From assembly GCA_010356995.1 (NCBI GenBank), contig ML996699.1:465697-529696 (forward strand): 64,000 bases of DNA. The letters are read 5' to 3'. Shown here in pieces: positions 23,430 through 35,931 of this stretch. The stretch comes from Trichodelitschia bisporula (Eukaryota). Position 1 is the stretch's first letter. Every line of letters starts with the position of its first letter. Made by a program: the position numbers and the translations under genes. The notes beneath the pieces were generated by a model. That model searched no databases. It was not told the DNA's origin and saw nothing but the letters and a program-made list of their open reading frames with translations.

Positions 23430-24930
23430 TCATCTGTTCTTCATCCACTGCCCCGGCGACCCTCCGATGAATAAAATTGAGATGATAGCGGCTGTACCCG
23501 AGAGGGCAGCGAGAACGACATTCATGTTGCCATGTCCCGTCCGGTCCCTAAGGCCGCCACTCAGCAGTGGCCCGACCATGAGTCCCAGGTTCACCAGTAC
23601 CGAGTTGAACCCAAAGAGCTGCGCATACGGCCCAATATCTCCGAACATGCCCGGATTCACCCTGTCGTACCGCTGAACCACAAGGCTAGACTCAACAATT
23701 GAGCACGAACCGATCAGCCCGAAGCCAACACCATTCATAGCCATGATTCCACAATAAAAGGCCACATTTTGATTCCTGTTGGGAAACATCTTTGCGGATG
23801 GGAGTCGTAAGAGGGTGAGAGCGGGAACTAAATATGTGTACCCGACTACCGCCGTATTTGTCGACAACCCACCCTGCAAGCGGGCCGATGATGAGATACG
23901 GGATATCTAGTGGAATAACCAGCAGTCCTGAGTTGAGTGACGAAAAGGCGAACAGCGATTTGGCTTCCGTGGGGATCGTGGCATCAAACGTCGAGAGCAG
24001 CGTCATGTTGACAAAGGACAGGAAAAACGCTCCCACCAGCCGCGAGTTCTTGAAGCAGTAGATGATGGGAAACACGCGAACAAGCTTGTTTTGGACCTCT
24101 GGAATCAAGTACAGCTCATCTTGCCTTCCTCTTAGAAGAGGACTCGTTTCGTTTTCAGGTTCCTCATCCAAACTTCCTGTCTGCAAACCACGGCCGTAGA
24201 GGCTTGGTTCGGGGGACTCCAGAGGCTCGTCAAGCTGTCGTGCGACACTTGTCTCGATTACCAGGACACGCATAGCAAAATCTATCGCCAGAATTGCCGC
24301 ACCAAGGCCGAAAACTCCCCGGCCAGCCTTTTCATAGACTACACCTCCAATCACGGGCGCTATGAGCTCCCCAATCGAGACGACAGAAAAGATCTTACTG
24401 TCACCAGTCATTCTTTCAATCAGGAGAAGGCTTTAAGCCGCAGAACAACACATACTGAGCCAAAATACTTTGCCTATGTTGTGTGGGCCCACGGTATCCA
24501 GCGTCATGGCCAATCCCACCGTCCACACAACACCACCGCTCAGTCCTTGCAAGACTCTCGCCACGATAAAAAGCGCCATATTCCGACCGAATGCGAACAA
24601 AGCCGTGGCCGCCATGAGCGCTGCTAACCCGGCCAGGAAGGGCGTTCGTCTTTGGGGCGTGCGGTCGGCTATACAGCCCGCAGGCACAGAGCATACCATG
24701 CTGGCTGCTGCATATGCGGCCAGTAGATTCGACACAGCGCTCTGGCCTTGGGACTCAGGGAGGTGGATCCTCTCGCAAAGCAAAGAAGGGAGAATTGGGA
24801 CCACTAAACCGTAGAGGAATAAATCTGTGAACATTCCAATGGCAACGGTTGATAGTATGAAGAGCGGATGAGATCGCCAGCGGAGTGCGATGGGAGGTTT
24901 CTTTTCCACTGAGCATTGCAAGACATCCAT
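23430..24930 (-). pseudogene. MFS transporter (vesicular amine transporter-like), frameshifted
   Basis: FTDLFLYGLVVPILP, ARVLQGLSGGVVWTVGLA, GPLLSGGL. The frame changes at about 23851 (DKYG then AVVGYTYLVP) with no room for an intron. Possible second +1 T at about 24463. Confidence 0.7.
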
Positions 24931-26063
24931 CCTTGTGTGCTGTGGTCATGAACCTCGAAAGTCGAGATTTATGCTTCACGCAAGTCAAAGTACCGACATC
25001 GCACTGCGGTCCTGGCCGGCTCGTACCGGTACTGCCTAAAGTTGCCGCAAGAGGCGGACGTAGTTATGACCTCAGCGCCCATCGCTAGCTTGCGGACTGG
25101 CACGGCACTTGGACGACACTCCATCTCAGCGTTGACACCAGCAACGAGCATCATCAGTACATGGATTTAACAACACGGTGCATGTTGGGGAGGATAAAAG
25201 TAAGGTACAGAGACTAATTCGTATTAGATCTCTTTGTCGCGGAGATGACGATATTGACCTCGTCGCGGTTACCTCGCTGAGATGGATCGTGACCCAATGC
25301 TTCAGGACACTGGGAAGATATATACGGAGCGAAGAGGTGGATGGGACTTGAAAGTATGAGAGTTCTTCCTTCTTTTCAAGGAGTGGGCTCCTTCCGTACC
25401 GTATTAGGGAGGCGGGAGAGCTCCAAGAAGGAGGGTATAAAACGTCAAACCACCTTCACTCGCAAGCATCAAATCAATCTTCTTGAGAAGCATTGGTATA
25501 CAGGAATTTCATGATCATTCCACGCTGCAGTATAAGGTGCGGGGCTTGCAGGACAGTTTCGGGGCCGAGGGCATTCTCTCGATCTTCCCAGGCACCAGCA
25601 AATCCGGTATCATATCGCATTCGCCCTGCGCACGTCAACCATCCCAGCTTTGGACGATTCATGATATTTGCTGTCTACTAATTCAAGCTACGACTTCGAG
25701 GTACTATTTACCCCTTCTCACAACGTGCCAACTGCTTCATCGTGGCCGGACTTGCCTCGAGTCACAAGGAAGGTACCGAATCCACTTCACTGATTGCGCA
25801 AGCACCCTCATATCTATCGTATCTCGCGGCGAACCACTCACATATCCCGTAGTCCTCTCACATACCTCCCGACGAGCAAGCTCAGTTTTCATAGGCCTCT
25901 CACATACTCCAGGACAACAGGTATATAACCCAACCCCCCCTGCATTTAACATCTCTCTTGTACCCTCGACCTTCGAGCTTAGGCTAATACTTTCACAGGT
26001 ACTAAAGGCAAGTGTGATTCTCCCCCCCGCCGCTCCTCACCGAGCCAGCCCGGCAAAGGAAAA

Positions 26064-27503
26064 TTGCTAACCACCCTCCGCAGCGCAGGCCGCTTTCTCA
26101 AACGCAACTTCCGCAAACGCGACACGGTTAGCACTCCCCCATCACCTACCCGCCTCCGCTCTATCCCCAAAGGCCCCAAACGGACCAGCAGGATCCCCAT
26201 GCCTTCATCACCCAGGCTCTGCGAACACTGCAAAAGGCTCATCACGCCCGCCCCGCCGTTCTCGCCTAGGCTCGTCGAACGTAACAGTTGGGTCCCCACG
26301 CCCGCTTCGTTTTATCCCCCCAGGCGCTGCGAACGCAGAAGTAGGGTCATAAGTCCAGTCCCGCCTCTCCCTCTCAGGCCCCGCGAATGCACCAGCAGGA
26401 TCATCGCGCCCGCCTCGCCTTACCGGCCCAGGCCCCGCGAACGCAGAGGCAGTATCCCGACACCCGCACCGTCTCCCCCTCCCCCGCGCCCCATTTCAGG
26501 AAGAATGTCCGTCGCACTGCACTCCTCTCCCCCCGTCCGCTCCCTCCGGGAGCGACGCAACATCGTGCTCGACCCGGCGGACGCGGACATTCCGCTCGCG
26601 CAGATAGCGCAGGAGACAGTAGACGTAATGGAGAGCTACTGCGCGCTCTATCCCGATCTCGACCTCGCGCGCTCGCAAAAGTACTCCGCAGACCTACTCC
26701 CCCCCCTCACCTTCCCAGAGCAAGAACCCTTCCCCCCCGTGCCCATCCGCGTCATGCAAATGGACACACTGGACGCCGCAATCGCACTAACCAATCTCGC
26801 ACCCCCCCCCTCAAGTCCCGCCCCCGTCTGCGTGCTCAACTTCGCCAACGCGCTGGTTCCAGGCGGGGGGTGGCTGCACGGGAGCCGCGCGCAGGAAGAA
26901 GCACTCTGCTACCGCAGCACGCTCTTCCTGTCGCTGCACGAAGCGCACTATCCCCTCGATCCCCTGACCTGCATCCACACGCCCGCTGTCGCCATATTCC
27001 GCACCAGCATGGGCGACAGGCACTACCTCCTCCCGCACGCAGGCCCGCAGCCACCGCTCGTAGCCGCCATCACCGATGCAGCTGCGTACCGGCCCCTGCT
27101 CGCGGAGATCGGGTACGGAGTGCAGGGGTACGCGAATCGGGAGACAGGGTTGATGGTCAGGGAAAAGATGCGCATGGTCCTCAGGGTCGCGGCGCGGAAT
27201 GGGAATCGACGCCTTGTGCTCGGTGCCATTGGTTGTGGGCAATTTGGGCACCCGGCGCGTGAGGTTGCGAAGGCTTGGGCGCATGTGTTGCGGGAGCCGG
27301 AGTGGAGGGGTTGGTTCGAGTATATCTGGTTCGCGGTGCTGAATGGCGCCCCAGGTGGACCGACCGAGGACAATTTTGAGGTTTTCCAGCGGGAGCTGGA
27401 TGGGAAGGAGATTAATACCGGGGTGGGAGCGGTGGAGTTAGACGCAACAGAGAGCCAACGCTGCTGCACCAGGTGCTGCTGCTCTGGCTGCGTGGTTGGA
27501 TAA
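26064..27503 (+). CDS. Microbial-type poly(ADP-ribose) glycohydrolase / TIGR02452-DUF2263 macrodomain protein
   Basis: DTLDAA, VLNFANALVPGGGWLHGSRAQEEALCYRSTL (GGG-x7-QEE), LVLGAIGCGQFGHP, WFAVL...NFEVF. First in-frame ATG is at 26199; upstream spliced exons are possible. Confidence 0.88.
   Translation: MLTTLRSAGRFLKRNFRKRDTVSTPPSPTRLRSIPKGPKRTSRIPMPSSPRLCEHCKRLITPAPPFSPRLVERNSWVPTPASFYPPRRCERRSRVISPVPPLPLRPRECTSRIIAPASPYRPRPRERRGSIPTPAPSPPPPRPISGRMSVALHSSPPVRSLRERRNIVLDPADADIPLAQIAQETVDVMESYCALYPDLDLARSQKYSADLLPPLTFPEQEPFPPVPIRVMQMDTLDAAIALTNLAPPPSSPAPVCVLNFANALVPGGGWLHGSRAQEEALCYRSTLFLSLHEAHYPLDPLTCIHTPAVAIFRTSMGDRHYLLPHAGPQPPLVAAITDAAAYRPLLAEIGYGVQGYANRETGLMVREKMRMVLRVAARNGNRRLVLGAIGCGQFGHPAREVAKAWAHVLREPEWRGWFEYIWFAVLNGAPGGPTEDNFEVFQRELDGKEINTGVGAVELDATESQRCCTRCCCSGCVVG
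26190..26490 (+). repeat. 54-bp (18-aa) degenerate coding tandem repeat, about 5-6 copies
   Basis: Units of the form gg(c/g/a)tc..cacgcccgc...aggc....gcgaa(c/t)gca; protein units APPFSPRLVERNSWVPTP / ASFYPPRRCERRSRVISP / VPPLPLRPRECTSRIIAP / ASPYRPRPRERRGSIPTP. Confidence 0.85.
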
Positions 27504-28070
27504 AGTCCAAATGATAATATTATTATGAAACCATGATTCGCATGTGCCCCGTCTTAGCCCAAAGCCCGCTACATACCGTGATACTCGTAACCATCAGTCT
27601 GGCAAGGAAACGAACAACCCGGATCACTAGACACTGCAGTACTAACAACCACCAATTTAAGCCCTAACGATCCCTTTACACAAGGCTTGCCATGCCTCTC
27701 GTCCCTCGAAGTGAAACAAAAAAAGGACAAAGTCTTGGAAAAGTGAACCATTTCGTCATTAAACGCATCACGGTCGGCGACCAAAGTTGTAGAAAGCAAA
27801 GACAACTTCGTACAGCATGCACCAGAAGATCAAGACACAATGCACTAGGGCTGCATCTAAAAAAAAAACCAGGACCACGAGCAAGGGGACGGCAATGTTA
27901 GCTTCAAGAGCTGCGAGTTTTACTTCCTAGATGAGCAGACTAAAGGCAATAATACCCGCCGAAACACTACACAGCAGACCGAAGCAAGAACCGTAAGTAA
28001 ATGCAGCATTTCCCCTACCTGACTCCTCCCAGACAATACTGTACCGCATCCGCTGTATCAACAGACAGCC

Positions 28071-31000
28071 TTAGGACAGCAAAAATGCGCCCTGTCCTTC
28101 CTTTGTCGCAACCCCAAGTTTCTTTCTCATGACCTCGACATCGCTGTAATCAGGGAGTTTGAGGTAGTTGACGCAAGTCATGACGCTAGGAAGATAGTCA
28201 TCTGATGAGTATGGTGCTTCGCTCGGTTTGCAGACGACAGTAAACATAGGGGTCAAAGACTTGAAGCCTGCAATGGGGTTAGCGAAACCTCTCTGAAGGG
28301 CGGAAATACATACCTCCGATAGGAAGCCTAGGGCTACCAGTAACAAACTGCAGGAATTGGCGACGCTCCGGAGGAGTCAACTCGCTCATGATTTGAAGCA
28401 AGTTGCGGACACTCTTGCTATCGAGGTTGTAGCCGTGATCAGCCTTGATCGAGTCCATCAGAGCTGGAAATGTTAGTTTAGTTCACAACGTATGTTGAAA
28501 ACTCACTCTCGATCGACCAGTCCTCGTCAACACGACCGAACAGCATGACAAGCTCATCAGGAGTGAAGGCATGAAGGGCTTCGAAGGGGAACACCTGGGT
28601 AAATCCAGCGCAGAAGGCCTCGACCTGCTGGCGGACGCCCGAGCCGACGGTGAAGTCAATGACGGCATCAACATACTGGTGGACGTTCTTCATAGAGACC
28701 TCAACGTTAGCACCGTTGGGGATAAGCTCAATCGATGGATAACCAGGAAGAGTAAAGTCCAGAGCCATGGACTCGAGAATCGTGGTGTTTTTCGAGAGGC
28801 AATCGAAAATACGTTGGCGCTCCTGCGGCTTGCGTGCAGGCATCTCAGCCAGTTCTTTCAGCGGCTCACCCAGCTGACGCAAGTACTTGAGCGACTTCCC
28901 GAGGTCGCGATCGACTGACAGGACAGCGCCGAGCGAGGCTGAGACCCCTGATGACGAGCCAACTCGGAAGAAGGTCGGGTTGAATGACAAGTCGATGATG
29001 CGCGAATCCAGCATTGAGCGAGCGACGAACTTGCCTAGCGTCTTGAACAAGCCGAGGATGGCCTTGCCTTGGGGCGACTGAGCCTTCTGGCTGCTCATAG
29101 GTGCAGGGAACAGACCCCTCACGCCAAAAGCATACTCACTGCTCTCAGGCGCCTCGTTCTGGCGCCACATCTTGAGCTTCTTCTGAGCAAACTCTTTAGA
29201 GACGGAGGCGTAGAACTCGAGCGTCGGGCCGAGACCAGTTCCAACTTCCTCAAAGTACTCGACCTCGAGAACGCTGGCTGAAGAACCGTAAAGATCCATG
29301 ACCTTCGTAGCAGACTCAAGAATCTTGTTGCGGGAGATGCGAATCTTCTGGCGCGAAAGCTTGCCCATGATCTGCTGGCGGTCCTCGCGGCGGTCCCGCT
29401 CGGGCTGGTTGCTCTGCCACTTATGCATGTAACGAGCGTACCCGAAGAAAGTGGACTGAACGAACAGGTGACGCGTCTCGAAGGGGAATAGGAAAGGATA
29501 TAGGCGAGCTAGGTCCTTGCTCCAGTCCGGAAGGCAGTTGCTAGCAACCATAAGAGGCTCTTCCAGTTGTCGGTTGAGCTTGGCGGTGAGCTTGGTGTTG
29601 ACAAACTGTGAGAGCGGCTCCGCCACCAGCTTGACGGTCTCTTTGTTCTCAGCTAGAACGTCATCAATGTTTGAGTTTAGCTCGTGAAGAACTCCGAGAA
29701 GACGAAGAATGTTGTGAGTGACGGGGTTATGAGCGATAGACGCCGGAGTCGTCGTATCGGCAGACGTGACAACGGACGGAGTCGCAAACGAGGTAGTCTC
29801 GGGAGGCGCAGAGCCTGGAACACGCTTGAAGTTGATTGTGTGCACCGCTCCCCAGATACTATGACTAGACACTTCGTGAGGCCGAGCCTGGTTGAAATGG
29901 ACAGCGCGATAGACAGTTGTTTCACTGGCGATTTGCTGCCCATTGATGCTGAATTCCAGATGCCACTCAGTAGGGGGCTGGGTCGAAGCGGCATTCGCCG
30001 CAGGGCGCGATGAAGTAGGAGTCTGATTCCGCGACGTCACGCTAGGCGTCAAAGGAGCGTTGGACGATGAACGAGATGGAGTGCGCTGCGCAGCAACCGG
30101 TGTAGCAATACGCGTGCCATCTTCGCTGCGAGCTGTGACCTTGCCAGTAGATGCCACCTCCATATTGACAGGAGCCGCCTCGGCATCTTCATCATCCAAA
30201 TCGTCGTCCATATCGTCGACGATTGCGTCCAGATGATCCTCATCTTGCATTTCATCTTCATCACTGAGCTGCGTCTCATCTGCACACTCGATCCCTTCAT
30301 TGGTCTCCTCCTCCGGTGGCGGAGGCGGAGGCGGCGGCGAAAGGTAGTCGGACAGCTTGTGCTGATGCCGACGACCGCTCCGACGAGACTGCGGCTTCTC
30401 GGCTCCAGTACTAGAGCTCGCTTGAGAAGCCGGTGGATCGGGTGCGGCCGCAGGAGTATGTTTGCTAGACGAGGGTCGGTTGGGCGCCGGGTTGTTGCGA
30501 TTGGTGAGATCAGAAGGAGTTGGAATTGGAGGCGGGAGGAATGGATGACCGTCATTGCGGCCGGCAAGTGCAGCGGCATATGCAGCGATGGAACGTGGAA
30601 GATCGCGACGAGGATTCCGCGGGCGCTCTGTGACGATAATCCGGGGCCACAGGTAATCCCCAAGCGTCTTAAAAGGAGCAATGGCTTGGATGGATACCAT
30701 GAGCTGGCGGAAGGATTTCGGAATGCCTGAGTCATCGTCGGCAACAAGCTTGATGCGGAGCTGCTTGGAGAGAACGCTCGAGGAAGTTGACCGGCTGTCG
30801 CCCCCGTTGTTGTGAACGGTGATAACCTCGAAATGTTCCGCCCGGCTTAGGAGATCCTGTAGCTTGCGCACGAGTGCGCTAAAAGGAGTGGCTGGAGACG
30901 TGGACAGGGACACCTTCTCCTGAGTCTGCGTACCTTCGCCCATGAACGCCTCGAGAAACGCGGTACGCGCTTCGAAGAACCGAGGATTTGAGTCGCCAAG

Positions 31001-33792
31001 TACTCCATGAATCATCTCCACCAGGTTTGAGCTCATGAGCTCGTGGCTAGTAATGCTTTCAAGGGCGTCCTGGTCAAAGTACTTCGCCAGACGCTTGAAA
31101 AGGAGTAGGCCATTCTTTCCGTCGGCATGGTAGCAATCTTGAATCTCCCGTGTCAGCTCCCTAAGTTCCGTAAGGATAGCTTCCGCCTTAGCGCGCAGAG
31201 CGGCACCCCCGTTAGCTTCATGTTTCGCGAGGAACGCCTTAGCACGGCTGGTGATGATGTCTTTGAGCGTAGGAACGGCCAGAGGATTGCCGAAGTGTGG
31301 AAAGTTGCCAGACACGGAATCAGAGCTGCCGTCGAGCTGGTCATCGCGATCATGATCATGATCCCGCCCAGCGCTTTCGTCCAGATAGAGGTCCTCATTC
31401 TCGTCGTCTTCGTCGTCTTCATCATCATCCAGGTCCTCCATGTCGATATCGGGATCGTCATCCGAGTCCAGGCTCGTATCACGACTAGCACGTATAAGCT
31501 CCAACATGGGGTCTGGGTCCTTGGACTTTGGCGCAGGTGTCGTAAGGGGCCTATCCGCGAGCTTCTTGACTTCAGCGATGACACCTTCGCGGTAGAACTG
31601 ATACTGGTAAATGTTGCCCAAACGCTGGAGCAAGAAATTGGCAGCCTCGAGCGCATAGATGACCAAAGTCGGATGATCACCCTGAGAGAGAATTGCCGCA
31701 AGGAATGACGAATAGCTGACATTGCGAAGCGACTCCTCTAGGATATCGACATTGACATTGGACAGCATCTTGAGCTGAGCTGTGAGGACCTTCTGGCGCA
31801 CGCCCAGGTTGACGGTGCTTGAGTACACATCGGTAAGCGTCGGCAACAGAATGATAGTGAAGCGCTTGAGCTCGTCTTTGCATTCCCGAAGAAGCGCCAG
31901 CCGCTTTTCGTTCATTGGCGAGTCCGACTTGAGACCCGTGGATACTGAGTCATGGCCAGGGAGAGAGGACTCCAGAATGTAATCCACATAGCTGAACTCG
32001 GTCTGCACACTCGGAAGCAATTCACAGATGACATTGAGAGTCTCGAAGATTTGATCCTTCGGACGATGGACGAGCGCCTGCATGATCACTACCTTGTCAA
32101 TCTTGGACGCGATGTTGTCCGTTCCGCTAGGCGGCGAAACTCCAGTGAGGATCTGGAAGATCGTGTCCACGACATTCATTTTCAGGAGCTCGACTGAACG
32201 ACGCGGGCTGGCTTTGGCGATGGTCGTCAACAGGCCGAGGAACTGAGTGTGAATGTTTGCTCCAATCAAATTCGTAGTGCCCGGAAGCAGGAGGCGAAGG
32301 ATGGCGCGAAGAAGGTCCTCGCTGACCAGTTCCTCCAGTTTGGAAGGAGAATGCTTGAAGCTCTGTACGATGCGAGAGACGCACACACAACCTTGTTCTA
32401 ATACCTTTTGGTCGCTGCTGCTCAGCACTTGCAGGAGGATGGGCATGACATCGAGAACGACCTTGAAGGAATCTTCGGGGATATTGCGGCAGGAGTTGGC
32501 AGCTGTAGTGACAGCAATGCGTTGCGTGCCCGTGGCGAAGAAGTCGAGGAACGTGAGACATGCTGTGAGTCCCCCTTCGCGAACGATGGTAGCCGGAAAT
32601 TCGACGGAGATCTTCTCTAAAGTGCTGAGCGCCTGTTCGGCAACATCGATGTAGTGAATCTCGAGGAGCTTCTGGCATAAGATAGGGACCGCTCCGGCGT
32701 ACACGACGTTTGCCGCGGACGACGGAAGCGCCTCCATCATGTTGGCAATGCAGCGACAGGCTAGGAGCATCATCTCCGGATTCTCCTCGCCGAACTCGGA
32801 GGGCTGCATCAGCGGAATCAATTCTTTGACGTATGGATCCGGGTGAAAGTTTCCAGCCAGATTGTCTTCGTTGGAGACAAGGAGGAGCTCTGAGAGCTCT
32901 TGGAGTGCAATGAGTTGCATCGAAGGATCATCCTTCTGCTTTAACTTATCCAGGATGCCACGCAGGCGCTGAGACATGCCAGAGAGCATGCCAGTCAGCG
33001 CACGAAGCGAGCTCGACAGGCCGCCTGAGCGCGAGAGGAATCCGTGCTCAAAAGGATCGTAGTCGTCATCTTCATCGTAACGGTTGCGGCTGCCATCGCC
33101 AGCGCTATCATCGCTAGTGCTGTGGCTCCGCAGCGGATCTTCTGATGGAATATCTGCCTTTTCGGACTTTTCGCCAGACTTTTCGCCAGACTTCTCGCCG
33201 GGTTTCTCGCCGGACTTGTCACTCGTAGGTGGAGCGGTTTTGCGGTGCTTCTTGTTGAGCCGTGATGAAGAGCTGGCCGCGGGGGCAGCGGGGGGGACTA
33301 CAACGGTTAGACGGCACATGCAAGCGGAGGCAAACACTTACTTTGAGGGGCTTTCTTGCTGCGGGGCTTCCGCTTGTTGGCTACGGCCGGAGTGGCAACC
33401 GCTTCCTCAGAAGGTCCCTCGGGGGGACTACGAGGGTTATCAGCGATTCCACATCCATCTCCCGCACCTTTGACATACCCAGCATTTGACATGGCCGAGG
33501 CTGTAGCTGTCTTGCTACGCGTCCGAGTGAGTACTGCGGATGACGTTTCAAGTGCGAGGGGGAGATCGGCTTCTGTCTTCTTGCGTTTGCCCTTCTGGCG
33601 AGTCTGGGTGTCGGTAGCGACTGGCAGAGGTTCTGGTGTCGGGTCGCGGACAGCCTTGCGCTTGCGGTTTTGTGTAGGGGCCGGATGTGGAGGAGCGGAT
33701 TCGGGAAAGGTGGAGGAGGTTTGCAGATTGTTATTTGCGTCAGTCGAAGTTGCTTGTAGCCTCGCGGAAGAGCGAGTTACTCTGGGAGACAT
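28071..33792 (-). CDS. UFD4: HECT E3 ubiquitin ligase, UFD4/TRIP12 type
   Basis: ARM region ([16 protein letters not shown]), [20 protein letters not shown], and catalytic [17 protein letters not shown]...GQGAFLLS. Introns at about 33428-33478, 33298-33341, 28464-28505 and 28269-28313. Confidence 0.96.
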
Positions 33793-35931
33793 GAGAATCT
33801 GGATTAGTTAGCAGCCTGAGATGCAGTACTAGGCAGATGCCGATGTCATGGACGCTTGACGCACTGAGTTGGTGGGCCCGCGGGGTCCGACTCTGATGGT
33901 TGAACTGCAGGTGATGAAAAGGGAATGGAGATGTGAACTTGTGGGGAAGGTGAAGGGGAGAGGTTGGGGAGCAGATGGAGTATGGAGGAGGTGACGGAAG
34001 CTTGGTTGCAGGGCCACGCACGGCCGTTTTTACACCCTCAGTGAAAGGTGGAGCAGTAGAAAATGGGAGAAAGGCAGTTGACGGGTAGGGGCGAGGTGGC
34101 GGTTCGTTATGGAGGAAAGCGTGGACGGGAGGGCGGGATGGGAAGGAAGGGGGAATGTACCTCGAAGTCGAAGGCGTGGTGCACGTATCGAGAGGACGCA
34201 TAGATGATTTGTCCATGCCAGAGCCAATAATGCACAATTCAGGAGCCTAGAACGACGGCATGGCGGGATACACAGGAGGTACGTGGGTTATGTTGTCAGA
34301 AAAGTGATGGGTGTCGAGGTGGCGAGAGAGGGTGTGTCGTTGGGAGTGCGGAGGTCGCGGTGGTTTTGTGAGGTTGTGTCTCTTGGAATCTTCGGTCTTG
34401 GAGGGGGGGGGATAGTGAATCGAAGGCGGCAGTTGACGATACGAGAGGGAGTGTCGTAAAACTGTGAGCCTATCGAGTAATGGTTGACTTGAAGGAGGGG
34501 GTGAAGGGCGGAGGGACGGAGAGTTGGAAGAGGTTGTGGGGGGGGATGAGGAGCTATCAGCGGAGACAACGGACAACGTCGAGATGCAAGCCCATGGAGG
34601 GGAGACTGCTTTGAGCTTAGAAGCCTGGCAGCCTGAAAGCAGCCTGAGGGTAGCGACGTCAATCCAAAAACCCTCCCACAGACGGACAAGCCATCAAGCC
34701 ACACTGCGAACCCGGAGCCAGCGGCCGGGCGAGTACGAAAGTAGCCCGCTTGCCAAGTTTGTGAGAGTGAATTGCGAAACCACGCCTCGTCTTCCACAGG
34801 CGTGTTTCGAGTAGCAAAGGAATAGAAGAGCAAGATAGCCTGAATTGGTTTCAAGAGAAGGATGGAGAGACAAAAGCTGGAACTAGGGAGAGATATGAGC
34901 GTTGAGATAGCTCCAGAGGCAACAAGTTACGGCTTTCCGCATTATTCGTACTGCTTTCGATGATCAATGGAGCTAGACATATTTCTACCGTTGTTCACGC
35001 CAGCAACCCCAACAATGATCCGACGCTGGGTAATGCGTTCATTCCGCCATCGGCTCACTGCGGCTAGCTGCTTGTCTATCGCTCCATCCCCTCAGAACTG
35101 GTTCTCCAGTCGGCGCCAGCGTTGTCCGCTCCCCGGAAACTGGGGCGATACTGAGGAGACCCACTGCGCTGCCGCCGCCGGTCCGCGCGCGCCATCGGCT
35201 CGGGCCATGGGGTAGAGTATGGCTTCCCTCGGCCGTGCGGGTTGACGAGCTCGACACTACCTGAGACGACGAAAGGAAAATATGCGAAGCGGCCCGCATC
35301 GAGCATGTTTACACATCTACAGGGTGGCTCACCGAATCATCGGGCGGGAAACAGAAAGAACCGAAGCATGCTGGCCGTTGACAATGAGTGGCTCGTAGCG
35401 AGCTGTGGACAGTTCGCCCCAAAGTGCGGAAAACGCCAACGGCGCCATTCGCGATGCTACCTGGAGTGAAGACACCCGCTTTTCCACATCTAGTATCTAC
35501 TAGGGTCTCCTCTGGCTCTGAAGACACGGGTTGTAATTGTGAGTATTTGATGTCGAGAGCTTGTGACTTGTCACAACGCGGGTGACGGAGAGCGAACGGC
35601 TGAGAAATGAAGGGGATCCAGCGCCTATTTTTGATACATCATTGCCAATACATCTCCCACACGGCTGAAGTTTAGCCGCGGGGAGAATCGCGTGCTTCAT
35701 TCAGACCAAAGTATTATTCACGGTACCAAGTCAGCTATTGTTCAAGCACTTTTGCCTGCTTCATGCATTACCAAACAAATATCTTACATCTCACCCGTAC
35801 CAGTGCTATCTTGTCATCGCACATCTATATGCATTCCCCACGTGTATGTGCCATCCCATGCATATCTAATTCAAATCGCTCCAATCCCCAATGCTGTCCA
35901 TGCTCTCAGTATTTCCAAATGCTTCATCGCC

